A stretch of DNA of 64,000 nucleotides, from assembly GCF_009914755.1 (NCBI RefSeq), contig NC_060938.1. One strand, 5' to 3'. The position numbers were made by a program, and so were the translations under genes. This DNA is from the human T2T-CHM13v2.0 reference genome, Homo sapiens. Under the pieces are notes generated by a model. That model was given only the letters and a program-made list of their open reading frames with translations. It searched no databases and was not told where the DNA came from. Shown here one piece after another: positions 46,440 to 58,690 of the stretch (the first letter of the stretch is position 1; every line of letters begins with the position of its first letter).

Positions 46440-48110
46440 TACTAAGAAAAAAAAATAAAAGTCAGGTAGTTCAGTCTGGAATACTCTACAGAACTCACAA
46501 AAATAGACTCTCATATGAAGCTTCCTTTAAAGTTTCAGATGGCTGTTTTAAAAGGAAAAATAAGAGAAGAAGGCAGGAAGAGTATAAATACAAGAAACAT
46601 AAATAGACTAGATGGCAGAAATAGACCACATATTATAGAGTTTAGGTTATAATAAAAAAAAATAAGAAATTCACATGGAAAAGGGATAGTCAACATTTAA
46701 CAGGTGCTACTGAGAGAGTAAATTGTCTTGGAAAGAGGAAGAGAGGGAGAGGGAATTAGATTCCTACCTCATATTAACTGAATAAATAGTAAAAATAAGT
46801 TTCTAAGTTTGATAGAGAAGAAAATACAGAACACAATCTGTTCTAGGGTGAAGAAAAATTTTGTAAGTCACAAAGAAATCAGGAAGGAAAAGATTAGTAG
46901 ATATGACTGGATAAAACCTGTATATTAAAAATCAGAAAAAATAAACATGAAGAATTATAATCATATAAAGTATTGGAATTACTAAAGTGTATAGTTTAAA
47001 ACAATATGCAAATATAAAATAATACAAAGGATATGAAAATCTTATAAAGAAAAATGAAGATTGCCAAAAGCACTTGAAAAAATTTAGTCTAATTAGGAAT
47101 CAGCTAAAAGCTACTTTTAAGAATGCAGTACTATGTTTTAGCTATAATAATTGCAAAGATTCACAAATATGAATAAAACTAGTATAGGGGACTGTGCAGT
47201 GAAATGGAGTTTCCTTCAAAGTTTGTGGCTTCATTAGAGTTCTCCAGAACTAGTAGGATATATGTATATATGAAAGGGAGTTTATTATGGAGAATTAGCT
47301 CACATGATCACAAGGTGAAGTCCCATGATAGGCCATCTGCAAGCTGAGGAAGAAAGAAGCTGGTGGTGGCTCAGTCCGAGTCCCAAAGCCTCAAAAGCAG
47401 GGAAGCCAACAGTGCAGTCTTCTGTCTGTGGCCAAAGGCCCTAGAGCCCCTGGCAAAGCACTGGTGTAAGTCCAAGAGTCCAAAGGCCCAAGAACCTGGA
47501 GTCTGAGGTCCAAGGCCAGGAGGAATGGAATGAAGCATCCAGCATGGGAGAAAAGAAGGAACCCAGAAGGCTCAACATGCTAGTTTATCCCACTTTCTTC
47601 CACCTGGTTTGCTCTAGCTGCAGTGGCAGCCAATTGGATGGTGCCCACCCACACTGAGGCTGGGTTTTCCTCTCCCAGTCCATCAACTCAAATGTCAATT
47701 TCCTCTGGTAACACACTCACAGACACACTGAGAGACAATACCAGCTATCTAGGCATCCTTCGATCCAATCAAGTGACACCTAATATTAACCAACACAGTG
47801 GTTAATTAATACTGTCATTGAAAAAACTAAACTATATATCAAAAACCTGAAAATTATTGTACATATTGAGTCATAAATTTCACTTTTAGGAATTCATACT
47901 AAGGGAAAAAATGGTAGATGTGCACAAGCACATGTTAAAATGCTTCATCATAAAGGTATTTATAATAAAGTATATAAAGACCTGGATATTAAATAACAAT
48001 AGTATTGTTCTACAAATTTTGGTGTGTCTATACAAGTGGTATATTGTACAGTCATTTATCAATATTATAATTATGTTTTTTCAAAAATAATATTCTAAAT
48101 ATTTCTCAGT
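46440..48110 (+). mobile_element. Highly degraded L1ME, interrupted by MLT2A
   Basis: A-rich L1-like 3' ORF2/UTR sequence (TTAGATTCCTACCTCATA; AATTTCACTTTTAGGAATTCATACTAAGG). Boundaries approximate. Confidence 0.55.
47230..47797 (-). mobile_element. MLT2A (A2-like) ERVL solo LTR
   Basis: GGTGAAGTCCCATGATAGGCCATCTGCAAGCTGAGGA...CTCAAATGTCAATTTCCTCTGG...AATATTAACCAACACA. TSD GTGGC/GTGGT. Confidence 0.85.
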
Positions 48111-48268
48111 TAAGAACTTCCTAAAATGAAGCAGAAAATCCTTCAAATTTTTTTGCAGTAAGGTTTGCAAAATGGTTTTTTTGAGGAGGGAGGAGCAATA
48201 CATATGAAAATATTAGAACTAAGCAAAAGGAAGCTTTTACTAGTTCTTAGTCCCATTGTGATATAAAG

Positions 48269-48549
48269 CAGCAGTCCCCAACCTTTTTGGCACCAGGGAG
48301 CAGTTTTGGTAGCAGAGAGATGGGGGGGTGCGTTAGATTCTCATAAGGAGTGCACAACCCAGATCGCTCGCATGCACAGTTCACAGTAGGGTCTCGGCTC
48401 CTATGGGAATCTAATGCTCCTGCAGATCTGACGGGAGGTGGAGCTCAGGTGGTAATGCTCACTGGGCTGCCTCTCACCTCCTGATGTGTGGCCTGGTTCC
48501 CAAAAAGCCGTAGACTAAGGGTCCATGGCCAGGGGATTGGGGACCCCTG
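48269..48549. mobile_element. MER1B hAT-Charlie MITE
   Basis: Terminal inverted repeats CAGCAGTCCCCAACC and GGATTGGGGACCCCTG; internal TTAGATTCTCATAAGGAG. Confidence 0.9.
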
Positions 48550-49709
48550 CCTTAAAGGATGGGGCCTTCATACAAAACATAAGCTTATAGAATGTAGAAA
48601 AAAAAAGAGAAAGAACTTAAATGTAGCCTACCAAGACCCAGTAGCAAAGAAAAGGATGCCTAGCTGAAGAGGAGAGATAAAGAGTTACAGTTTGTCATCA
48701 TTAGACAAAGTATGTGGTACATACAGACAACTGAGCCTGAATAATGGATCCATCCCTACGGTTTGCTGATCCTAGAGGAAGCTGAGTCCATTTGTGTCTG
48801 GCAAGAGTGGTAGCAGTACTTGCATTAACCACTCTCAACCAGGTGTCAAGAGGCTGCAAGGGCAGCATGTGTCCCCTTGCCCTCACTGTCCAGGAGAGAC
48901 AGCCAAGGACCTTTGCATTTGACTGGCTGGTTAAAGTCCTCTCTCTGGCTGACTGTGGCCAGCCAAAAAGAGGCAAGAAGCTGAATCATATTGAGCATAA
49001 CTACACAACTCGGTACTTCAGTCTGGCTGCCCAATTTTTCAATTAAACCATGTGATATTGCCAGTGTGGGACCACACTGACCTACAAAAATGGAAATTTC
49101 ATATGGTTGAAACTATATATCAAAGTTGGTTATAAACTCAGACTCTGTACTCCCCCAGTAAAAATAAGACAACTGTTTCTTTAAAGAATATGGTCAAATT
49201 TGAATCCAATTTAGATTTTAAGCACAGCAACTCTTTTATTAAAAAAAATTGATCAGCCAAGCTCTCATTACAAGCTTGAACAACTTTAGAGAAATATCTT
49301 ATGACCAAAAAGAAAAAAGAAAAAGGATTTTCTCTTCGGGCACAAGTCTCTAGAGAACCTGTTGCAGGTACCTCTACCAAACAAAGGGGAACACTTAGAG
49401 AAGTTACCAAGCTAAGACTACCTCCCTCCTGGGGAGCGTTTGTCTAGGCAATACCAACATTTGCCCTCTGGCTTTCTTTTCTCTACACCTCCATTGCTAA
49501 CAAAGAGCACTTCAATTGAGGTAGTAATTTTTTAGTTATTTTGATTCATTTGAAGATTTACTATATTGTCCTTTTGCTCTGGAAAACTGTCCTTTGTTTT
49601 AAGACTATGTGTATATCTGTACTCTGATGTATTGATTTTGCAGTTAAACAGTGAAGATGATCTTATTTTCAGATTCTCAGAGGATTCATCAGCAGAGTCC
49701 TCTTGCCAA

Positions 49710-49875
49710 GTAATAATAAAAGTAACACACTACTTACTGAGTGCTTACTGGTGCCAGGACTATATGCAGGGCCCTGTTGTACATGTGTTAGCGCATTTAT
49801 TCTCATCAGTATTCCAACTAGGAGAGGCAGGACTCAAAACCAAGAAGTGTGGTTTTAGACTTCCTTAACTACCAG
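49710..49875 (-). mobile_element. MIR fragment
   Basis: TAACACACTACTTACTGAGTGCTTACTGGTGCCAGG...CATTTATTCTCA. Confidence 0.65.
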
Positions 49876-49980
49876 TTGTTTACTTTTCTTAATCATTTTT
49901 ATACTAGCCTATAAGAGAAGAAAACAAAGTCTATACATTTAGTTTGTTATAAAAAATACATTTAAATTTACATAAGCAGG

Positions 49981-50340
49981 TGATATGGTTTGGCTGTGTC
50001 CCCACTCAAATCTCATCTTGAATTGTAACTCTCATAATTCCCATGTGTCATGGGAGGAACCCAGTGGAAGGTGATTGAATTATGAGGGGCCGGTCTTTCC
50101 TGCTCTGTTCTCATGATAGTGAATGAGTCTCACGAGAGCTGATGGTTTTTAAAAGGGGAGTTTCCCTGCACAAGCTCTCTTCTCTTGTCTGCTACCATGC
50201 AAAATGTGTCTTTCACTTTCCACCATGACTGTGAGGCCTGCCCAGCCATGTGGAACTGTAAGCCCAATAAATCTCTTTCTTTTATAAATTGCCTAGTCTC
50301 AGGTATGTGTTTATCAGCAGCATGAAAACAAACTAATACA
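49981..50340 (+). mobile_element. THE1B-like MaLR solo LTR
   Basis: TGATATGGTTTGGCTGTGTCCCC...AAACTAATACA. TSD GCAGG/GTAGG. Confidence 0.92.
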
Positions 50341-51735
50341 GTAGGAAAAGTTATTTTTAATGGTTGTTTTATTCCTTGTTTATTATCTGTTTCTCCCTAC
50401 TCCAAGTGACCAAAGCAGTCAATGTCTCTGCCCTCAAAAAAAGTTGGGAGAGACAGATAATAAACACTGGGGGCAGAAACTTTGACTGCTTTGGTCACTG
50501 CTGCATCTTTGGTGTCTGGAATAGGCATAGGAAACATTCATTAAACACAATACCTTTTTTTGGTCCCTTATTTTCTATTTTATTTCTTTTCAGGAAAAAA
50601 AAGGGCTATGATTTGCACAATAAATTATATGGTCAAGACCAACCTATCTATAAATATGTATTAAATAAATGATATGAAAAAATATTTGATCTTTTAATGT
50701 TTTTATATAATTACATGGTATGCACTATCTACCCAGATACCATCAATTCCAACGGAAGCTAGGAAAAAGAAACCAAAAAGCACCTGAAGACTAAGATCCT
50801 AGGACTGAACCCTAGGACAAAATAAATTGTCCAAATAAATTGGACAAAGTTCACAAAAAATAAGCCAGCAAGAGGCAGTCCAGGAAACCTCCCCATCCCT
50901 CCTCATGTTTTAGATATTGATGGAGGCCTCTGATGCTGCCTGAAGAATACTATTTATTCCCCTGAAGTCAGTATATCACTAAACACCACAGGTGAACTAT
51001 GGTGGCTGAATGCTACAAGATCAGTTGTGGATGGTAGGATCTCACAAAATTAGAAATTTGTAAAATAAAGAAAATACACATCAAATTACAGGCAAAGAGA
51101 AAAGAGTATTTAAAATGCCCTGGTCAGTAAAATAAAGAGAAAGAATCTATCTAAATGGCTGCCAACATAAATAACATGAGGAAGAAGATTCAGTTACATT
51201 CATTGGCAGATAAGTTAAGGTACTAGTTTAATTCAGTGGGATGAAGTTCTCCACTAAAATTAAAATAGACATGATCTCTCCAGTTTACAAGTCAGGTAAC
51301 AGAGCCCCATTGCCCACATGATTATAATTAGAAAAGCATCACGCAAATGAAAGAAACCTTCGCAAGATGTTTACAAAGAAATTTGGAAAGATTTAAGAGA
51401 TTAGTAAGATCAGAGGTGATGGTTTGGACCTTGTAAATAATTTTGGGGGGTTGCATATAATTTAATAAACCTCATGCTGGTATTTTTCTAAGTGACACAG
51501 TGATACAGATACAGTGATAATTTCATTCACTGACTTCACTAGCTAGAAAAAGTAAACTAAATGTTTCATGTGGTCAATATCACATAATTGGAAATCCCAG
51601 GACTGGTAGAGCTCATTCTCTTGTTCTGGTGGTTTTGGGTATTGGCTACAAAAATTGAAGAAAACTGGAAGAGCCTGATGCCTTGATATGTCTTCCTAGT
51701 CATCAAGAGAGTTTCAGCTAACCAGAAAAGGTGTG

Positions 51736-51953
51736 CAAGTGTCAGCAAGCTTCAACCTGCTGGTGAAATCAATCCTGCCATTTGCTTTTGTAAATAAAGT
51801 TTTACTGAAACACAGCCACATTCATTTGTTTACATATTATCTATGCTGCTTTCACACTACAAGCACAGAGTTGAGTGACTTTGTGAACATGGCCTATAAA
51901 ACCAAAAATATTTACTACCTGGTCATTTACAGAAAAAGTTTGCTGATCCCCTG
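51736..51953. mobile_element. MER58A MITE
   Basis: TTTGTAAATAAAGTTTTACTGAAACACAGCCAC...AATATTTACTACCTGGTCATTTACAGAAAAAGTTTGCTGATCCCCTG. Confidence 0.88.
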
Positions 51954-53988
51954 GAAAAAAAAAAAGAAGACAAGAGATTATAAATGCCTATCATCACATA
52001 CTTAAGACAGTCTCTTTCAAAAGTCTGAGTCACTTTTTGATGATATAATATTTTGAGAGATATTTTTAATTTTCCACAACTCCAGACCCAGGCACCATCC
52101 TTGCTCATGTATGCTAAGTGGTATCTAATGATCTGAAATAGTCACTCCACCTAATAACCACTGGAGAAAATCTATCTCATCTCAGAATAAAGTTTCATAA
52201 GCACAGTGATCACTCTGTTTAGTATTCCATCAAACTGTTGAATTTTATAGGACTCTCATAAAACTTTAATGTTCTTCCAGTACTGTAATCAGATGAACAA
52301 AGCCATATTTTAACACAAAACACTTTTGATTTTATGACATATTACGATTTTTAAAACATATGTTCAACCTACAATCTGAAAGCAACAGGATGGTACAGAG
52401 TGGATAGTTGTAGTTAATCTGTCATAAACTACATTATTCTTTTTAAATCTGAATAAAATTTCAACAACAAAGATAGTTTATGTTCAACCATTAATGTGAG
52501 CAGGCACTATGAGTCAACTATAATGTATTAAACAAATCACAGCTGTAAACTATTTATTAAGTAATCTATTTTATGCCATGTTTATCTCTGTTACTCATCA
52601 AAACATCTTTACCACTTAAAATGGTATTTCATTTTCTTTTATTTGAATAACTATATGCACAGATTTATAGTTTCACAATTTTTCATTTCTGCCATGGAAG
52701 AAGAAAGACTTTTTAATATTACTAGATTGTTCAAGCAAATAAAACATTTAAAATATGAGAAATCTTGCATTTTTTATAATGAAGCAAATGTCAATTCCAA
52801 ATAGCTTCCTCAAAGAACAATCGAGAAACAAAAAAAGAAATTACTTTCCTTTATTCAAACATTCTAGTGTAACAAATGAATGACAAGAACAAGGCCTTGT
52901 CCTTGTACACCATGCAGCATATGCAGGTTTTCTATAAAACAGTTCATTAGAACAACATTCTAAAAGGGGTGGATAAAAATAATGTTACTTTTCTCTGGTT
53001 TGCCAGAAATGACTTATATAAATGGAAAGGATGTATTCAATAATTATCCTAAAAAAAAACCTGGAAGGGTTTTGTTGACAAGGTTGACTAAGACCTTATA
53101 CATTTTTTTCTATAAAATAAGCAACAATTCTTTATATATAATATGTGGTGGAAAGAGGGAAAATTTAAACGATGAAACTTGTTTTAATGCATTGTGACTC
53201 AAATAACAGTCTTGGCTGCTTGAGTCCAGATTCTTGGGGCCTCTGACTGTGCTTCCTCTTCTGAGTATCCTATGCAGGTTTTCTATTTCTATAGTTTCTA
53301 CATAAAGCTTTTGATCTCACTCCCCCCTGACTTAGGTTGTCCATGGCTGTTCTTATTACTAGCTCTTTTTTATTCTGTACATGTTTTCTTCCATTATAAG
53401 GAAATAAATGTTTTTCTAATTGGGGTCTTGGATCTTCTTGATTTCTTCTACTACAGAGTGATATTGATATACTGTGCAATTCAATTAAGCATTTTTGAGC
53501 TGCTAAGATCATAGACAGGAGGGTCTGCTGCTTAATTATCTTGACTCAGGAATGTGAGGGCTGTATCTGTACCCCAACAGTTCACATGAATAGACTAAAG
53601 AATAAAACTAAACCATTTTATTAGAGGGGTTTTGTTTTTTAAATTAAACCCTCTCTGGTAGGGAGAGTGAAGAACTCCAAATAAATCTTATTTCTCTAAA
53701 ATAACATTTTAAATGGGACTAGAAATACACTGTCTTAAAGGAACTCTAAAGAAAAGTATTTTTTAAAGACAGTAGAAATCCACTTTTCTCTAGTGTGCTT
53801 TTTATACAATATATTCCTAGTTTCTATTGCAGCAAGTCTAGCTGTGCCAATACTTAATTTTGAATGTCTTCTTTCATCAAGTAGCTCATTATAATCTTTC
53901 AATTTTTCAGATTTTGGTATAGTAAAACCAGCACCTCTATTAGTCAGGAATTCAACATGATTAAATGAGGAAATTTTAATGAAGAGAC

Positions 53989-54442
53989 TATAGCGGGTTG
54001 AATGTTCCCCCCATCCACCCAAATATTCTCACCTGAAACCTCAGAATATGATCTTATTTAGAATAAGAGTTTTTGCAAATGTAATCAAAGTGAGACTCTC
54101 AAGATTAGATCAGCCACATTTGGTTCTAAATTCAACAAATAGGTGTCCTTATAAGGAACAGAAAAGGAGAATACGCACATAGAAGGGAAGGCCATGTAAA
54201 GATAAAGACAGGTGTTGGGGTGATGTATCCATAAGCCAAGGAACTAGGACTCCTGACATTCACCCGAATCGCAGGGAGAGGCATGGAACAGACTCTTCCT
54301 CCTACTCTCCAGAATAAACCAACGCTGCCAAGCAACACCTTTATTTTGGGCTTCTGGGCTCCAAGACTGTGAAATAATTTCTGTTGTTTTAAGCTACCAA
54401 CTTTGTGGTAATTTGTTTTGGTAGTCCTAGGAAACTAATACA
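53989..54442 (+). mobile_element. MLT1C-like MaLR LTR
   Basis: GGGTTGAATGTTCCCCC...AACCTCAGAATATGATCTTATTTAGAATAAG...TAGGAAACTAATACA. Confidence 0.8.
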
Positions 54443-54449
54443 GATAATA

Positions 54450-54852
54450 TTTATCAGGGTGTAGCAGAGAAAAGAAAAACTATCTAGAGATGGAGAAGTA
54501 CCCAGTTTAGTAAAACAAAAGTAGAGATCGTTACCATCCCCATGTCTGAAAAATCAAAGGAAGGAGAAGTTACCACAACCAGAGAAAAGCTGTAGCTGCA
54601 GAAGAGAGCTATCTACAGAAGCTGTGGCCTTAAACAAATAAAAGCACCCACTGGCAGCCTATGACACAGCAGGAAGAAAATGAGAGAAATAACCCTGACT
54701 TCTCCCTTCTGCACCCTGATCTACTAATGACTCTCATTGGTCAAATCAAGGAACACAAGAGAGCAAGGGAAAAGCTGTCCCCAAGGGCACAGGCAAGATG
54801 GAGAATGTAAGAGTGTAGTTTTAGAAGGCCTAATGAAGAATATATGATGACA
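54450..54852 (-). mobile_element. LTR33-like ERVL LTR
   Basis: GAGAAATAACCCTGACTTCTCCCTTCTGCACCCTGATCT...CTCATTGGTCAAATC pattern. Confidence 0.55.
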
Positions 54853-55283
54853 TACAATATGAGCAAATATTTCTATCCAATGTTTATATCTAAGAATAAG
54901 AAGGAATAAAGTTATAAAATACAATAGATTTTAAAACTGCCGAATGTTTTAATTCATGGGAAATAATGGCTTCTATAGATTTCTATCAAAGACTATAGAT
55001 TGCTGAAAATTATCCAACTACAATATAAGGCATTCATGTGATCAATCCGAAGAAATAATGTTTCCTCTATAAACAACTAAAACACATTTTCATGCAGCAT
55101 AGATTTTGGTTTTCAAGTGTAAAACTAACATTACATTGCAAATAATATAAAGAAATTAAGTTTTGTTAAAGTACTTACAGTGTCAAAGAAATGATTAGTG
55201 TTGCTTAGAAGTTTGGATAGTTGTGCATTTTCAAGTTGTTTTGACAACTTCATCATTTTCACTATGCTGAAAATCCTTTTCTT

Positions 55284-55579
55284 TTTTTTTTTTTTTTTTG
55301 AGACGGAGTCTCGCTGTCGCCTAGGCTGGAGTGCAGTGGCGCAATCTCGGCTCACTGCAGGCCCCGCCCCCTGGGGTTCACGCCATTCTCCTGCCTCAGC
55401 CTCCCGAGTAGCTGGGACTACAGGCGCCCGCCACCTCGCCCGGCTAATTTTTTGTATTTTTAGTAGAGACGGGGTTTCACCGTGTTAGCCAGGATGGTCT
55501 CGATCTCCTGACCTCGTGATCCGCCCGCCTCGGCCTCCCAAAGTGCTGGGATTACAGGCGTGAGCCACCGCGCCCGGCC
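55284..55579 (-). mobile_element. Young AluY (AluYe5-like)
   Basis: CpGs almost all intact; diagnostic CCCCCTGGGGTTCACG and CCACCTCGCCCGG. Perfect 16-bp TSD TGAAAATCCTTTTCTT at 55268-55283 and 55580-55595. Confidence 0.93.
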
Positions 55580-58019
55580 TGAAAATCCTTTTCTTACTGG
55601 CAATTTATTTCATTTCAAAAGTTGTGGATAAAATATTCCCTTTTATAACCAAGCTACGTTGAGTCCATTTCTAATTACCGATGCATACTCACCTGTTTAG
55701 CTGGTATGTTATTTACAATCATTAAATACTCCAGGAGAGTAGTGATATTACCTGGTTCATTAAGTCAGTCCAAACTTCACAGTGCTCATTTTGTCCTCAG
55801 GTTAATAGCTAGGATTCTAAGTCAGACTTTAAAATATGTCTGCCAGAATGATGTCACTCTATTTTGAAACTTCATTTTAGCATTTTTAGTCAATTATAAC
55901 CATTGTTTCTACAATCATCTGATATGATGACTTGAAACAACAAGAAGTGTGGCTAGGCAAATGTCCTATCAATTTTTTCCCAGTACTTGCCATTTCTAAG
56001 TGTAAAAACTTCCCCAGCAACACAGAGAGGTTAGAGAGTCCAAATAATGAGAGCTGTGAATAACTGGGGAAGAACTACAAAGATTTTTCCCCAGATAGCC
56101 TCTCAGCTGCAGGTCTCTGCTGAGGCAGAGCTCAGGTGAAGAAAGAGAATGTTTTATATAAGGAGTTTTGTCAGTCACAATCAGGAATTACCGTCCCTAG
56201 GCCACTATCAAGAAGGAAGAACTAAAAAGAGAAAAAGAATGAAGATCAATGTTTCCAGCAGAGAACATACTGCAGAGACTGACTTCCTGCCATACTAGAT
56301 CTTGAACAGTCTATTCCAAAAAGAAAAAAAGAGATTTCATCAAGCCAGCAAGAAGAGACGACACATCAGTGAGCACTCGTCCTTTTGGTTCATTTATCTT
56401 AGCTGAAAGATGTTTCCAATGAGAAAGAAAAATCTACATGAAAGCTTAAAGTAAGAAGAGTAAATTAATTTTGGAAATAAGCAACTAACATATAAACATT
56501 AGGCTTCCCTAAAACTTAGCAAGGAATAAATATCCATTAATATATTTCTGAGAGTGGCATAGAGTAAATCATAATGAAGGCAGAGAGAAGACCCGGATTT
56601 ATGCTCATTCCTGCTCCAGCTACACACCACTCCAGGGTCTCCAAGAATCAAGAACATGCTTCTGCTCCTGGCCCATTACCTGTACAATGGTTATGAATAT
56701 AAGATACTTCAAGCCAAAAACTATGGACATAAATAATCATATTCTCAATTTCAACTCACAACAGAAGTTGAGCAGCAGGTGCACATTCAATAAGAAAACA
56801 TTTCATTGTTTGTATTTTCTGTCCCTCAGAGAAAAGTTGACAATATACCAGAGGCTTATGAATCAATACTATGTGCAATAAGGCAAAATGTAAAGGAAAT
56901 GGTGTTAAAAAAACTAAAAAGCAATCCAGGAGACCACCATGAATACAAAGACTTTTAGGATTCAGCAGGAGCACCCCTGGCAGAACTAGTCAACTTTAAA
57001 TATGCTGCATTTCCAAGTCAGAGTATCCTCGGCAGAAAGATAATTATAAATCAGAAGGTTCTGGAGAAAGCCAAGAACTATTCTGGGGGTCTGCTGGTAT
57101 GCATGATTACGAAACAGACTTAAGGCACTATTCCATGTCCAGTGGTAATTGAATGCCCATTCTGTTTTCCTCCATTCTAAGAAACAGTTGAACTAATCTC
57201 CAATTTATTAGTTACTAAGTAGTCTTTCTAACTCATTCTATTGTGGCTGTTTGCTTTTTTACCATTTTTGTTGCAGTAAAAAGTGAGTACAAATACTAAA
57301 AATGTTAACTAATACATAAGTCAGAAACTTAATGTTATAAGAATATGTAAGACACAGTTTAAACTTGGATAGGTAAGATTTGGGAACACTCCTGTAAAAT
57401 CAGTAGCTAATGATCACACCAACTTTAAAACCAAATTAATGTGAAAATTCTAGTTGCTTACTGTTTTAATGGTTCTGTTCCAGAAGTTTTGTTCAACTTG
57501 GTCTTATACAATTCAAAAAATTATATGTATTAACCAAGGCCTTCAAATAAACATGAATTTTCTGAATGCCAAACAAGTAATTATTTCAGTTTTCAGTGTC
57601 CTGCTATATTAACTTCAAAGACTATAAGCCAATCTTGTTCTTACAACTTAGCATTGTTTTTCTTTTTTTAAGAAAATGATTTTTTAAATAATCAAGTTTA
57701 ACTTAAGTTAAATACACCTGTGCTATACTATAATTCTATTTTTTTATTTTAGGATGTAATTCAGTATTTTTCACATCAGAACAAGTAACCTCACGATTCA
57801 CTTTTATAACATAAAAATTGGCATGAGATTCAAACCTATTGTACAAACCATGATTATCAATTTTGATTAGTATTACTGCATTTTTCACTAAAGCATCAAA
57901 AAAGTCTTGTTTTACTTGAATTAGCATTAGACCAGGCAGTTAACCATTGTATATCTGATCCTACATTTGCATTGTATGAAAAGAGCATGACATCAGTAGA
58001 CTGATAAGTTATGGATGGA

Positions 58020-58690
58020 TAATATAATACCTAAAGCAAACACTAAAAGATTATACAAAGAGATACACACAAAACATTACAGATAAGTAGAAAGTGAAAT
58101 TTTAAAAAATGTTTAAGTATGCCACAGGAAGACAGAAAAATGATAGAGAACAAAAGAGGATAAACAGAAAAAAATTATAAACTTGAGCCAAAACATATCA
58201 AAAATTACATTAAATGCAAATTGTCAAAATATACCAGTTAAAAGAAAGTATCAGGGTAGATTTTTTATATGACTCATTGATGTGCTGTCCACAAGACATT
58301 CACCTCAAATATAATGATATAAGCACATTAAAACTTAAAAATAGAAAAAATACACCAATCAAAAGAGTTTAAAAGACATATGAACATTTTTTTCAGCGGG
58401 CCATGTTAAACTATAGTGTCTAGGGATCTACACTTATTTGGTAAAACTAGAAAGAAATTCAAGGAAGTGATTGCTTTAAATGTCAAGATAGTGGTTGAGC
58501 TTGAAATGGGGCACTAGGTGGCAGAGGGGCTATTGTGATGGTGGCTCTATTCCTTTCTGCTATCAATTTCTGCTTCTTCCCTGGATGGTGGTTATAAGAG
58601 TGTTCATTTTATAATAGTTTATTTGGTTTTAATTTTCATGTGATTTTCTGTATTTGTTTTAAAATAAAAAGGTCAGTTTTCTTAAAAGAA
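58020..58690 (+). mobile_element. Old L1M: inter-ORF region/ORF2 start joined to a 3' UTR fragment
   Basis: CATATCAAAAATTACATTAAATGCAAATTG...TGTGCTGTCCACAAGACATTCAC resembles the endonuclease start, then CTATAGTGTCTAGGGATCTACAC...GGATGGTGGTTATAAGAGTGTTC. Confidence 0.65.

Noticed and set aside
48701-49046. Overlapping 62-91 aa ORFs in unique, moderately GC-rich DNA
   Set aside because: No recognisable domain or convincing exon structure, and the lengths are expected by chance. Non-coding conservation cannot be judged without alignments.
49062-49079. Inverted repeat CAGTGTGG-GA-CCACACTG
   Set aside because: An 8-bp stem is expected by chance in 64 kb.
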